64,000 bases of DNA from Alphaproteobacteria bacterium (GTDB taxonomy: Bacteria > Pseudomonadota > Alphaproteobacteria > Rhizobiales > TMED25). The position numbers were made by a program, and so were the translations under genes. Below the pieces are notes generated by a model, which was not told the origin of the DNA, did no database searches, and worked only from the letters and a program-made list of their open reading frames with translations. The DNA lies in NCBI GenBank assembly GCA_045565315.1, contig JBJLFO010000001.1, positions 529,542-593,541 on the forward strand. Direction: 5' to 3'. Shown here piece by piece: positions 1-10,093 of this stretch (its first letter is position 1; every line of letters starts with the position of its first letter).

Positions 1-668
1 AATTTATCTGCTGCTGCAACAGCTCTTGGAACCATGAGTGCTAAAGCTAAAACTGTTGCATCCTTTCCTTTTCGGACAACCTTGGCTGTCCCCAAAGTAT
101 CAACATGTTCCCCTTCTGGTACTTCTCCTTTTACAGCATAGAGAGATTTATGCTCAAAAAATATAACCGGATCATTATCTCTTATAGATGCGGCTAGTAA
201 TCCTTTAACATCCGCCGGCGTAGATGGGGCTACAACTTTTATTCCTGGTATTGCCATCGCCCAATTCTCAATTGATTGAGAATGCTGAGCACCAAACCGT
301 GAACCACCTCCATTACCCGTTCTAACAACTAGTGGACATTTCAACTGACCATCGGACATATAGCGAGATTTTGACATTTCATTTGCAACAAAATCCCAGC
401 AAACTGCAAGAAAATCAGAGAACATTATTTCAGCAATAGGCCGCATTCCTGTCATCGCAGCTCCCATAGCAGCGCCTAAAATAGCTTGCTCAGAAATTGG
501 AGTATCAATGACTCTCCTTGGGCCAAATTTATCATAAAGTCCTACTGTTGCTTTGAAAACCCCCCCTGCTTTTGCAACATCTTCACCAATGAATGCAACA
601 GTATCATCTCTTTCCATTTCCTGAGCAATAGCTGCGGCAACAGCCTCTCTATATGTTAATTGCGCCAT
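1..668 (-). CDS. 2-oxoacid (acetoin/pyruvate-type) dehydrogenase E1 component, beta subunit; N-terminal part only, gene runs off the window edge
   Basis: Own translation of the minus strand from ATG (complement of 666-668): MAQLTYREAVAAAIAQEMERDDTVAFIGEDVAKAGGVFKATVGLYDKFGPRRVIDTPISE... This is a typical transketolase-like E1-beta N-terminus. The start overlaps the end of the alpha-subunit gene. Confidence 0.8.
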   Translation of the reverse strand, partial: MAQLTYREAVAAAIAQEMERDDTVAFIGEDVAKAGGVFKATVGLYDKFGPRRVIDTPISEQAILGAAMGAAMTGMRPIAEIMFSDFLAVCWDFVANEMSKSRYMSDGQLKCPLVVRTGNGGGSRFGAQHSQSIENWAMAIPGIKVVAPSTPADVKGLLAASIRDNDPVIFFEHKSLYAVKGEVPEGEHVDTLGTAKVVRKGKDATVLALALMVPRAVAAADK

Positions 669-1669
669 GCCCAACCTCCATTATCATAAACATTTGTAGT
701 TAAGATACTTTCTGGGGGTATTGGAGAGTTTTTAGCTTCCTCAGTTGCTTCGTCTACAAGTATTTTAACATTCTTTTCAAGTTCATCAATTACACTTTGT
801 TTTATTCCGAATTCTATAAGTCTTTCTCTATATCGTATAATTGGATCATTATTTTTTTTCCAATCGTCAAGTTCTCCTTTGGGTCTATACGAACCCGGAT
901 CTGCTCTGCTATGCCCGGATTGACGATAAGTTTTACACTCAATTAATGATGGACCATCGCCGGCTCTCGCTTTTGCATAAGCTTGTTGTGCTGTCCTGTA
1001 TACTTCGTCAGCATCATTACCATCTATTATTATACTCTCTAAGCCATATGCAGATGCCCGATCCGCAGCGGGATTCTTGACGGCAGTTATTGCCTCAATA
1101 GGTGTATATTCCATGTAGTTATTGTTTTCACATACAAAAACTACTGGTAATTTATAAACTACGGCATAATTTAGCGCCTCATGAAATGCACCAATGTTTG
1201 TTGTACCATCTCCAAAGAACACTGTTGCAACATCATCATCCCCGAGGTACTGAGCTCTCCAAGCAGAACCTACTGCCATCGGAAGATGCGCTCCAATAAT
1301 AGCATAAGAGCCCATAACACCCTTACTTGTATCGGTTAAATGCATAGATCCACCTTTACCTCGCATGAGACCACAATCTCTTTGCATCAGTTCCCCTATT
1401 ACCCCAACAACAGATGCTCCTCTTGCGAGAGTGTGAGCATGCCCTCTATAGGTACAAAAACTTTTATCATTTTTTTGCATTGCACAGGCAAATCCAGCAG
1501 CAATAGCCTCCTGACCCAAAGACAAGTGACTTGTTCCCTTTACAAGATTTTCTAGAAAAAGATCATAAGCCCGTTGCTCTGACACCCTAATGAGATACTG
1601 AGTATTAAATAGCTCCAATCTCGTTTTTTCATCTATATCATCGTTCTTTATTTTCTTATTATTTGCCAT
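656..1669 (-). CDS. ThDP-dependent dehydrogenase E1 component, alpha subunit (AcoA/PdhA-like)
   Basis: 337 aa ORF with ThDP-binding motif GDGTTNIGAFHEALNYAVVYKLPVVFVCENNNY. It is followed by the overlapping E1-beta gene. Confidence 0.85.
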   Translation of the reverse strand: MANNKKIKNDDIDEKTRLELFNTQYLIRVSEQRAYDLFLENLVKGTSHLSLGQEAIAAGFACAMQKNDKSFCTYRGHAHTLARGASVVGVIGELMQRDCGLMRGKGGSMHLTDTSKGVMGSYAIIGAHLPMAVGSAWRAQYLGDDDVATVFFGDGTTNIGAFHEALNYAVVYKLPVVFVCENNNYMEYTPIEAITAVKNPAADRASAYGLESIIIDGNDADEVYRTAQQAYAKARAGDGPSLIECKTYRQSGHSRADPGSYRPKGELDDWKKNNDPIIRYRERLIEFGIKQSVIDELEKNVKILVDEATEEAKNSPIPPESILTTNVYDNGGWAWRN

Positions 1670-1683
1670 CTTAGATCCATAAA

Positions 1684-2988
1684 TTAATATTTATTTGCTA
1701 TTGGTAAATCTTCAGCAGGAAATAATGAAATAACCTTACAACCTTTATCTGTAACCACAACCTCTTCCTCAATTCTTGCTGCAGAAACGCCATCCTTTGC
1801 TGGGCAATATGTTTCAAGTGCAAACACCATTCCAGTTTTAATTTCCATTGGATTTTCTAAAGAAACTAACCTTGATATAATTGGCCTCTCATGAAGCGCC
1901 AAACCAAGACCATGACCAAATTGTAAACCAAATGCTTGCATTTCGTCGCTAAAGCCGAATTCTTCAGCTTTTGGCCATACTTTAGCTACTGTATCAGTCG
2001 ATACGCCTGGCTTGATTAGCTCAATTGCCTTATCTAACCATTCACGACATTGAATGTATGCATCATTTTGTTCTGAAGTTGCAACTCCTACATTAAATGT
2101 ACGGTAGTAACATGTTCTATAACCCTGATAAGATTGAAGGATATCAAAAAAAGCTTGGTCGCCTGGTCTAAACATTCTATCAGTAAAGTTATGAGGATGA
2201 GGGCTACATCTTTCGCCTGATATTGCATTTATAGCTTCAACGTCATCGGAGCCCATTTCGTATAACATCTGATTAGCAAGCGCTACAATATCATTCTCTC
2301 TGACCCCAGGTTTTAATTCCTCCCATATCATATGATATACTCCATCTACCATAGTTGCGGCTTGATTCAATAAGGTAATTTCATCAATATTTTTTATTTC
2401 ACGTGCATCTAACATGACTTGCTGACCATCCACAATATTGAGACCCGCTTTTTGAAGTTCAAAGAACATGGCTGTTTCTGCAATATCTAATCCTATTGGC
2501 ATATCAGAAACACCAGCCTCTTTTAGATAACTCATAATTTCTTCAGCATGAGATTTCATTAAGCCAACTGATGGAGGAACAGTACCTCTCATACCTGTCA
2601 TACCAGCTAGACATCTGTTCGGGTCAAGCCAATCACAGTTCTGTTGATGATGGACTGCTGCTGAACCAAAATCCCAAACAAATGGCTCTTCATCTCCAGC
2701 AAGTAAGGCAAATCTACAAAGTTTGTCACGCTCCCACTCACCAATTTTTGTACCTGTTATGTATCTTATATTATTTACATCAAATAATAGTAAAGCCCCT
2801 AGGCCTGAATTTTTTAGTGCATTCCTTGATCTTGAAAGTCTATACTTTCTCAGCCTCTGGAAATCTACCCTAGTCTCAAAATCAACTTGTTTAAACCCTG
2901 GAGATGCCAGGGGACGATCCCAGCTCCAATTTTGATTTGCGTCTTCTGGTCTTAAGATTCTTGGTGAAAAAACATTTTTATCATTCAT
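1684..2988 (-). CDS. M24 family creatinase/prolidase-fold hydrolase (creatinase-N + pita-bread domain), substrate unknown
   Basis: 434 aa. M24 blocks FFDILQSYQGYRTCYYRTF, GHGLGLALHERP, ALETYC and RIEEEVVVT. The second canonical metal Asp appears to be Cys (see findings). Confidence 0.7.
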   Translation of the reverse strand: MNDKNVFSPRILRPEDANQNWSWDRPLASPGFKQVDFETRVDFQRLRKYRLSRSRNALKNSGLGALLLFDVNNIRYITGTKIGEWERDKLCRFALLAGDEEPFVWDFGSAAVHHQQNCDWLDPNRCLAGMTGMRGTVPPSVGLMKSHAEEIMSYLKEAGVSDMPIGLDIAETAMFFELQKAGLNIVDGQQVMLDAREIKNIDEITLLNQAATMVDGVYHMIWEELKPGVRENDIVALANQMLYEMGSDDVEAINAISGERCSPHPHNFTDRMFRPGDQAFFDILQSYQGYRTCYYRTFNVGVATSEQNDAYIQCREWLDKAIELIKPGVSTDTVAKVWPKAEEFGFSDEMQAFGLQFGHGLGLALHERPIISRLVSLENPMEIKTGMVFALETYCPAKDGVSAARIEEEVVVTDKGCKVISLFPAEDLPIANKY

Positions 2989-3086
2989 AACACTTTGCTT
3001 TCTATTGATTTACGCTGGATACATTTGAACTAATTTATATATAATTTTAAATAAACACAACCCAAATTTTATATTTGAATTATGAT

Positions 3087-4772
3087 TTAAACGTATGCTA
3101 ATGGGGCAAGTGCATCAACATCTGTGACTACATCTAAAATAACACACTTGTTTAGTGATATCGCTTTCTCAAGTGCAGATTGAAAATCATTTGGGTTTTC
3201 AACTCTAATTCCCTCGGCACCCATATTCTTAGCAATTTCTGAAAAATTTACTTGGTTAAAAGTCCACATTTCTCTCGCTTTTTTTGTTTGCTCTCCTCCA
3301 TAAACCCTATCAAAACCTCTTTTTGATTGATTTCCAGCACCGTTATTATTCACAACAATGACGGCATTGATACCCCATCGGACAGCCGTTTCAATTTCTG
3401 CTATATGGTACCAAAAACCAGCATCCCCAGTAAAACAAATAACGGGTCTATCTGGCACAGCACACTTGACACCAAGTGAAGCGGGAAATGCCCAACCCAA
3501 GTGGCCGGCTGATCTAATGTAATTTTGATTTGATGATTTTAAATCATACATTCCACCCATCCACATACCTCCATGACCGGTATCAACAACAACAAATGCA
3601 TTATCGGGTAAACCCAGAGATAATTCATGGCATATTCTCTCAGGTCTGATAGGTATTGCATCCGATGTAAGTAATGGCCTAAACTCATCATACCACTCTT
3701 TACAATATCCCTGAATTTCAGCTACCCATGGTAATCTTTTCGTTATAGATGACTCATCTACATATTGCATCATTTCCTGAAGTGCCATCTTTGCATCAGC
3801 CATAATTCCAACTTCAAGTGGATAGTTTCGCCCCAAGACTTCTGGATCAATATCAATATGAATTGCTTTAACTCCAATTTTTGGGATAGTCCAAAAATTA
3901 GTAATCATTCCACCCAGATCAGTTCCTATAAATATTGCTAGATCTGCTGCTAAAACAGACTTGTTAGCCGATGCCCTCGAATATGTTCCGACAACACCAA
4001 CATTTAGGGGGTTAGTTGCATCTATCACATCTTTCCCATTTAATGATGTAGCAACAGGAATTTTTAATTTTTTTGATAATTCATCCACTAAATCGCCGGC
4101 TTTTGACCAACGCACACCACCTCCAACAATTAATATTGGTTTCTTGGCATCATTTATTATGGACATGGCTTTTTTAATTGAGTGAGTCTCTGGTAGTGGC
4201 CTATGCGGTGGAACAAACATTCCATCCTCTTGAATATCTTTTGGAACCCCTTCACCAACAATCTCTTGGTCAACTTGACCCTCATTACCCTTAAACTGAA
4301 GATGAACTGGACCGGGACACCCTGATACTGCAACTCTGAATGCTTGATTTAGCATATCTGGAAATCTATTTGCGCTATCAACAGTCGCATTGAACTTTGT
4401 AACAGGTTCAAACGCTGGAATATCATCAACCTCTTGATAAGCTTTTCTAAATTTAGTTGCCTGATCTCTTCCACCCGTGAGAGCTACTACTGGGGATTTT
4501 GCAAGCCAAGCATCCCTTAATCCAGCAGCAAGATTTAATGCCCCAATAATTTGAGCTGCACAGACACCCGGTTTGCCGGATGCTCTTGCATAACCATCAG
4601 CCATATATACGGCTGAGGCCTCACCATGAGCATGAATACGCCTAACATTTGATATGGCTTCAAGTTCAACCATGGTTGTTCTCAAAACCGCCGGAACATG
4701 AAATATATCTGTTACTCCATATTCAACTAGCATTTTTGCTAAAACTTTTGCACCTGTTAATTCATTACTCAT
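3087..4772 (-). CDS. ThDP-binding enzyme of the acetolactate synthase / sulfoacetaldehyde acetyltransferase-like family
   Basis: 561 aa with three-domain ALS-like layout. C-terminal ThDP motif GDAGFWYHIAEIETAVRWGINAVIVVNNNGAGN. Confidence 0.8.
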   Translation of the reverse strand: MSNELTGAKVLAKMLVEYGVTDIFHVPAVLRTTMVELEAISNVRRIHAHGEASAVYMADGYARASGKPGVCAAQIIGALNLAAGLRDAWLAKSPVVALTGGRDQATKFRKAYQEVDDIPAFEPVTKFNATVDSANRFPDMLNQAFRVAVSGCPGPVHLQFKGNEGQVDQEIVGEGVPKDIQEDGMFVPPHRPLPETHSIKKAMSIINDAKKPILIVGGGVRWSKAGDLVDELSKKLKIPVATSLNGKDVIDATNPLNVGVVGTYSRASANKSVLAADLAIFIGTDLGGMITNFWTIPKIGVKAIHIDIDPEVLGRNYPLEVGIMADAKMALQEMMQYVDESSITKRLPWVAEIQGYCKEWYDEFRPLLTSDAIPIRPERICHELSLGLPDNAFVVVDTGHGGMWMGGMYDLKSSNQNYIRSAGHLGWAFPASLGVKCAVPDRPVICFTGDAGFWYHIAEIETAVRWGINAVIVVNNNGAGNQSKRGFDRVYGGEQTKKAREMWTFNQVNFSEIAKNMGAEGIRVENPNDFQSALEKAISLNKCVILDVVTDVDALAPLAYV

Positions 4773-4859
4773 AGCTTATACCTCAAAATTTTTTATATTA
4801 TTTTATTGCAAGTGGATTAATTGGTGTACCAACGGCACCAGTAATTGGGATAGATGGTG

Positions 4860-5771
4860 CTACAAATAAAAATTCATAGATATTTTATCTACCAAACAGT
4901 CTTCTGCAAGCTCTTTTAGGTTAAACATTTCACCCATTGTCATCCCTTGAATTGGGATTGTTATCCAATGCCATGGCTGATTGATACCATCTTCGCTTTG
5001 ATTAGGTCTAACTTCACAGCCCCAAGTATCACTTGCAAGAGCTGCCAGCTCTGTTCTCTGAACCCAATCTATTGTATCAAAACCCATTCCCGGAGCATCT
5101 CCTCCTGGAAATCCATCCCAAGAACCTCTTTCTAGACAATCTTCCATTTGCCCAGTTCTAACAATAACAAAATCACCTTTTTGAATTGAAATACCCTGTT
5201 TTTGAACAGTATAATCAAGATCCTCACATGTAATAGCATAACCATCATCTAGACGACTTTTACCAAGTGCCCTTGCAACGTCTAATAGAACGCCCCTACC
5301 TACCATCTTATCCTTTGTTTTTTCAATACCACATTTCTGAGCTCCTGCGGAAGTAACTTCTCTACAATCATATCCATTCCACATTTTATCTTCATAAAAA
5401 ATATGACCTAGACCATCCCAATGAGTACATCCATGGGTTGGTAAAAAGACAGTATCATCAGCAGCTCGAATACCTCTTTTATCGAGAACTCCTGAGTAAG
5501 CGTCTGTTCCTGTTCTTAACATAGAATGAATAGGATTAGTTCTTCCCATAGCTGGATACTTGCTTTTTGCACCTTGTGGTCCGTGATGATCAAAATTTAG
5601 GGCGAGTGATATCACTTTTCCTTTTTTAACAAGTTGTACAGCTTTGATAATATCTTCAGCAGTCACATTATTAAGAGTTCCTATCTCGTCATCAGGCCCC
5701 CATTTTCCCCAGTTTTTATATTTCTCAGCAGCTTCTCTTATGTCAGCTCGGGTAATTTTCTTTTCTATCAT
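4860..5771 (-). CDS. Putative cyclase family protein (kynurenine formamidase / isatin hydrolase-like metal hydrolase)
   Basis: 303 aa. His-rich motif HGCTHWDGLGH resembles the cyclase-family HxGTHxDxPxH signature. Confidence 0.65.
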   Translation of the reverse strand: MIEKKITRADIREAAEKYKNWGKWGPDDEIGTLNNVTAEDIIKAVQLVKKGKVISLALNFDHHGPQGAKSKYPAMGRTNPIHSMLRTGTDAYSGVLDKRGIRAADDTVFLPTHGCTHWDGLGHIFYEDKMWNGYDCREVTSAGAQKCGIEKTKDKMVGRGVLLDVARALGKSRLDDGYAITCEDLDYTVQKQGISIQKGDFVIVRTGQMEDCLERGSWDGFPGGDAPGMGFDTIDWVQRTELAALASDTWGCEVRPNQSEDGINQPWHWITIPIQGMTMGEMFNLKELAEDCLVDKISMNFYL

Positions 5772-5796
5772 CTCAATTTTCCTTTAGTTTTTATTA

Positions 5797-6861
5797 TTAA
5801 CTTAATTTCACTCTCAGCCAATCTGCAGACTGAGTTCGGTATCTATATATCCTATTATTTGCAACATGGGTTCCATCTTCGATCATATTGAACACAACTT
5901 CTCCTCCAACAGAGTCTACAAGTAATTTAGACTCTTCTGGCGGCACAACTCTATCAAGTCCCCCTCCAACTATATATATTGGGCATTTTATATTCTTTGC
6001 GCAGTCTGTTAGATCCATTCTGTTCGCAAAATCTCTAGCCTCTTCTTCAGAATTACATTTGCTTCTATATATGAAAGCCTCTTTAGTAAGTCCTGGTATT
6101 TTATCAAAAATATTATTCCAATTGAATGGTCCTGTTAGGGATATACATGCAATGATCCTATCATCAAATGCAGCTGCTCTTGGAGCATAATATCCCCCAA
6201 GACTAACTCCCCAAACAGCAATTTTTTTTGAGTTTAAGTCTTCCCTAGTTTCTACATAATCTATGACAGCTGATACAGGACCTTCATATTCTGGGCAAAT
6301 TGGTGCATCATATTCACCCTCTCCTTGTCCGGGACCGTCGAATGCAAGTGTTGCAATCCCTCTTTCAAGAAAGACCCTTTCATTTGTTTCCATTTCTTCT
6401 TTGGCTGAATCCAATCCCATGCACATAATTACGACAGGCGGATTTTCTACATTATTCGGCTTTCTTAAATTGCCATACATTTCAAGATTATTCCAATTTA
6501 CTCTTATTCTTTCACCAACTGGGTTACTTAATTTCATAGATTTCTGATGACACTTTACAGCCATATCATGTGCTCTCTTCATTTCATCTGGTTTTTGTAC
6601 AAATAAGAACTTACCATAATGGTAGCAAACAGCTGCAGTATTATAATGCTCTGAAGCACTTAAATTAAAATTATTCTGTTTTGCATCATCTCCTAATAAT
6701 GCATGCATTTTTCCTTTATTTTCCCAAGCGATACACCAATCATCCCATTTATGAACAATTGCAGCGACATCATTAAAATCTGACAGTGGAATTCCATTTG
6801 AAACAAATCTATGTGCCCAATGTGCAACTGCCATCTGTACTTTTGTATCTTTACTTTCCAT
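5797..6861 (-). CDS. Alpha/beta hydrolase (C-C hydrolase / dienelactone hydrolase-like)
   Basis: Nucleophile elbow GVSLGG. I place the start at the internal ATG (MESKDTKVQ..., complement of 6859-6861), because the first 36 codons of the track ORF run into the divergent promoter and the neighbouring gene start. Confidence 0.7.
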   Translation of the reverse strand: MESKDTKVQMAVAHWAHRFVSNGIPLSDFNDVAAIVHKWDDWCIAWENKGKMHALLGDDAKQNNFNLSASEHYNTAAVCYHYGKFLFVQKPDEMKRAHDMAVKCHQKSMKLSNPVGERIRVNWNNLEMYGNLRKPNNVENPPVVIMCMGLDSAKEEMETNERVFLERGIATLAFDGPGQGEGEYDAPICPEYEGPVSAVIDYVETREDLNSKKIAVWGVSLGGYYAPRAAAFDDRIIACISLTGPFNWNNIFDKIPGLTKEAFIYRSKCNSEEEARDFANRMDLTDCAKNIKCPIYIVGGGLDRVVPPEESKLLVDSVGGEVVFNMIEDGTHVANNRIYRYRTQSADWLRVKLS

Positions 6862-6933
6862 GACAAATCCCTTACCAATTACTATAATTAGTTTATATTT
6901 AAATCTATTATAGAATAGAGGGCAATAGGAAAA

Positions 6934-7893
6934 ATGTATAACATAATAGTCGGTGGACAAATACATCATAGTGGAATTGAATTATTGAGAAGTATTGACA
7001 ATTTTAATGTAAGTGTACTATCTGATGCAAGCCAAGAAACATTAAATAAAAATATTCATGATGCTGACGCCATATTATTACGCCTGCAATCTTTTTCAAA
7101 ATCATTGATTGATCAGTGCCCAAAATTAAAGATCTTATCACGAAATGGCGTTGGATATGACCGCATTGATATCCCAGAATTAACAAAAAGAAAAATCCCT
7201 CTAACCATTGTTGGTGATGTTAATTCATCAAGTGTGGCTGAGCATACAATTATGCTTATTCTTGATTTGCTAAAAAGTACAAGACAACATGATCAAATGG
7301 TTAGATCCGAGAATTGGAAGGATAGAGATTTATTAATATCAAATGATTTTGAAAATAAAAGAATACTAATTATTGGATTTGGAAGAATTGGGCAAAAAGT
7401 TGCAAAAATAGCTGATGCGTTTGGTGCAAAAATTTTAGTATTTGATCCTTACATAAACACTAAAAATAGTTTACCGCTTAATTACCAAATAATTGATAAA
7501 TTAGACACTGGTCTTAAACAAGCTGATATTATCACACTACATGCTCCAGGTTCAACGGAACCCATAATAAATAAACGAGAAATTAGCTTAATGAAAAAAA
7601 ATGCTATTATTATTAATACTTCAAGAGGTTCTCACATCGATCTTGATGCTCTATACAGAGCAATAGAAGAAAAACATATTAAAGCGGCTGGATTAGATGT
7701 TTATCCTATTGAACCGCCAAATATTAAAGAAGAGGGAATCTTCAAACTAGAAAATAGTCTATTTACTCCACACATAGCGGGGTTGAGTTATGATTGTGCC
7801 TCAAGAATGGCTCTAAATTCAGCTCAAAATATAATTGATGCCTTAAATGGCAGTTTAAAAAGCGAGTATGTTGTAAATAAAGAAGTGTTATAA
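6934..7893 (+). CDS. D-isomer-specific 2-hydroxyacid dehydrogenase (NAD-binding)
   Basis: 319 aa. Rossmann motif GFGRIGQKVA, catalytic-region motifs NTSRGSHID and TPHIAG. Confidence 0.8.
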   Translation: MYNIIVGGQIHHSGIELLRSIDNFNVSVLSDASQETLNKNIHDADAILLRLQSFSKSLIDQCPKLKILSRNGVGYDRIDIPELTKRKIPLTIVGDVNSSSVAEHTIMLILDLLKSTRQHDQMVRSENWKDRDLLISNDFENKRILIIGFGRIGQKVAKIADAFGAKILVFDPYINTKNSLPLNYQIIDKLDTGLKQADIITLHAPGSTEPIINKREISLMKKNAIIINTSRGSHIDLDALYRAIEEKHIKAAGLDVYPIEPPNIKEEGIFKLENSLFTPHIAGLSYDCASRMALNSAQNIIDALNGSLKSEYVVNKEVL

Positions 7894-7905
7894 GTTACTA
7901 ATATA

Positions 7906-8676
7906 TCAATTCTTGGATAAATGAGAATAGACCTGTGATAACAATGAGCCTTGACAATAGGTTTGCTTATAAGTTTCCGAAGATTGAATTAATTCAAACC
8001 ATTCAGATACTCTTTTATTGCCTTCCCATAGATCAGGCATTCCAAGGTCTTGCATCCTAACAAGAATTGGCATGATGCATATATCAGCATAACTAATATT
8101 TTTTCCTAATAGATATGGCCCACTAGATTTCTCAATCCAACTATCCATTCTATCAGCTGTCGATTTTATTTTTGATGTTGACTCATTCATATCCTTTTCA
8201 GAAAAACCGGTTCGACCCATTTTTAATAAGAACTCTTTACGAAGAGGCTTAGATTCTGCAACAGCTATGAATTCCTGTTCAGTCATAGCTTGGAAATGGG
8301 GTAAGAATGCCATATTATATGATGGAATTCTGACAGATGGGCCCGCAACTTCATCAAAATATCTGATCATTGCTCTCATGTTTGCACAGAGTTCTGGATC
8401 CCCAGGTCTAAGTGAATTTAAATCAGGATCAATATCTTCTAGATATTCAATTATCACTGAGCTATCAATTATTATCTTCCCGTCATGATCTATTGCAGGA
8501 ACAACACCGTTTGGATTTATTTTGAGGTACTCAGGCTTTAGCTGGTCACCTGAGAATAAGTCAAGTATTTCCATAGAAAAACTTAAATTTTTGTAATGCA
8601 GTGTATATCTTACTCTCTGGCTACAAGTAGACTGTAGAGCATTATATAGTTTAAAATTTCCTAGATTTGAATTCAT
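7906..8676 (-). CDS. Glutathione S-transferase family protein (zeta-like N-terminal motif)
   Basis: 256 aa with thioredoxin-fold N-domain. STCSQRVR resembles the zeta-class SSCxWRVR motif of maleylpyruvate/maleylacetoacetate isomerases (recalled from memory). VPAIDHDG...SSVIIEYL is typical of the GSH site. Confidence 0.65.
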   Translation of the reverse strand: MNSNLGNFKLYNALQSTCSQRVRYTLHYKNLSFSMEILDLFSGDQLKPEYLKINPNGVVPAIDHDGKIIIDSSVIIEYLEDIDPDLNSLRPGDPELCANMRAMIRYFDEVAGPSVRIPSYNMAFLPHFQAMTEQEFIAVAESKPLRKEFLLKMGRTGFSEKDMNESTSKIKSTADRMDSWIEKSSGPYLLGKNISYADICIMPILVRMQDLGMPDLWEGNKRVSEWFELIQSSETYKQTYCQGSLLSQVYSHLSKN

Positions 8677-8684
8677 ACATTTTT

Positions 8685-9884
8685 CTATTTATTATATAGG
8701 TCAAGTCCATACATATAGTTTGCAGCTTTTAAGAATAATGTTCTATTAACTCCATCCGAATGCAGCCATCCTGCAGCATCTCTTAATAATTTTTCAACAC
8801 CAAATTCTTTCATATAACCGTGGCCACCATGTATTTCCATAGTCCAAGTTGCGACCTTCCATACTGCCTGACTTGCCATTGCTTTGGGTAAAGCTCCTAA
8901 TGTCCAATCCCATCCTTGATCTTGGTTATCAGCCAAATAGCAGGCTCTATGCGTATATGATCTTGCTGCATCTAGTAACATTCTCATTTCTCCCAATTGA
9001 GCCCTTATTCCGTCATGTTCTATGAGTGGTCTTCCTCCCTGTACCCTAATCTTCGCCCATTGTTCTGCCTTGTCATAGAGAGCTTCCCCGACACCAAGAC
9101 AACTTGCTGCAGCAAATGAGTTACTTGATGGGAAAAATTTTTGAAGTAGTTGAAAGCCTTTTCCGATCTCTCCAACTATATTTTCATCTGGGATGAAACA
9201 ATCTTGAAATATTAATTCTGCATTATTTGCTAGACTTTCACCCATTTTGTCGTGCACACGTCCAATCGTAAAACCTTCCCGACCCTTTTCTAAGAGGAAA
9301 CAAGTCGTCCCTTCAAGCATAGGTTTACCTTTTTCAGTTTGGACAAATAATAGATAAAAACTTGCTCTATTTCCGTTTGAAATAAAATGTTTCATACCGT
9401 TGATAACGAATCCGCCATCAACTTTTTCTGCAAATGTTCTGAAAGGAGTTGGATATGGTAGAAAATAATTAGAAGCATTATCAGGCTCTGTTATACCAAT
9501 ACCCAAAACTGCTTCTGGATCTTCAGTAAATGGAACAAGAGCTCTTTTTGCCTGATCTTCGTTTAAGGCTTTTTCCATAATGGTAGCAAGTTTCATAGTC
9601 TGTGCCATTGTGACTGAAACACCAACATCGCCTATTGCCAGTTCTTCTACAACCATTGCTGTTGTCAGAGAGTCTGCACTAAGTCCACCATACTTTTCTG
9701 ATAAAGTCATAGTTCTTAACCCAAGATCATTAGCTGATTTTACAATATCACCACAATATCTTTTTGCAGGTGTGTCCATTGCATCGAGCTCGGCGGCTTT
9801 TGGTTTGACAACATCGTCAACAAATTTCTTAACACTTTCTAATATGGCTTTTTGTTCCTCAGTCTGTATGAACATATCATGCAT
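8685..9884 (-). CDS. Acyl-CoA dehydrogenase family protein
   Basis: 399 aa. Three-domain ACAD pattern with C-terminal IHGGHGYMKEFGVEKLLRDA block. Confidence 0.8.
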   Translation of the reverse strand: MHDMFIQTEEQKAILESVKKFVDDVVKPKAAELDAMDTPAKRYCGDIVKSANDLGLRTMTLSEKYGGLSADSLTTAMVVEELAIGDVGVSVTMAQTMKLATIMEKALNEDQAKRALVPFTEDPEAVLGIGITEPDNASNYFLPYPTPFRTFAEKVDGGFVINGMKHFISNGNRASFYLLFVQTEKGKPMLEGTTCFLLEKGREGFTIGRVHDKMGESLANNAELIFQDCFIPDENIVGEIGKGFQLLQKFFPSSNSFAAASCLGVGEALYDKAEQWAKIRVQGGRPLIEHDGIRAQLGEMRMLLDAARSYTHRACYLADNQDQGWDWTLGALPKAMASQAVWKVATWTMEIHGGHGYMKEFGVEKLLRDAAGWLHSDGVNRTLFLKAANYMYGLDLYNK

Positions 9885-10093
9885 AATTTTAGTCCTTCTT
9901 TATTTTATAAGATCAGCTTTAATATATATATATAATTGATTAATAGAAAACAATGTTTTATGTACGTATAGGCAGGATTTTTAACCAAAAATAAATTTGA
10001 CTTGTAGATAAAAAATGTTATTCATAAATTCTAGGGTCATAGTTTCAGAAATATGATTATTATGAAATTTTTCTGCACATTAGGGGTATAAAA

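Noticed and set aside
4773-4859. Short hairpin ggtgt-accaacg-gcacc between the cyclase and ThDP enzyme genes as a terminator
   Set aside because: It has a 5-bp stem with a wobble pair and no following U-run on the transcribed strand. Too weak to call.
6862-6969. N-terminal extensions of track ORFs (5797-6969, 60135-60848, 12017-12970, 48828-49580, 55626-56270)
   Set aside because: The extensions overlap neighbouring genes or divergent promoters and add non-conserved residues. Internal ATG starts give canonical N-termini (for example MIIAIDGPAASGKGT for Cmk).
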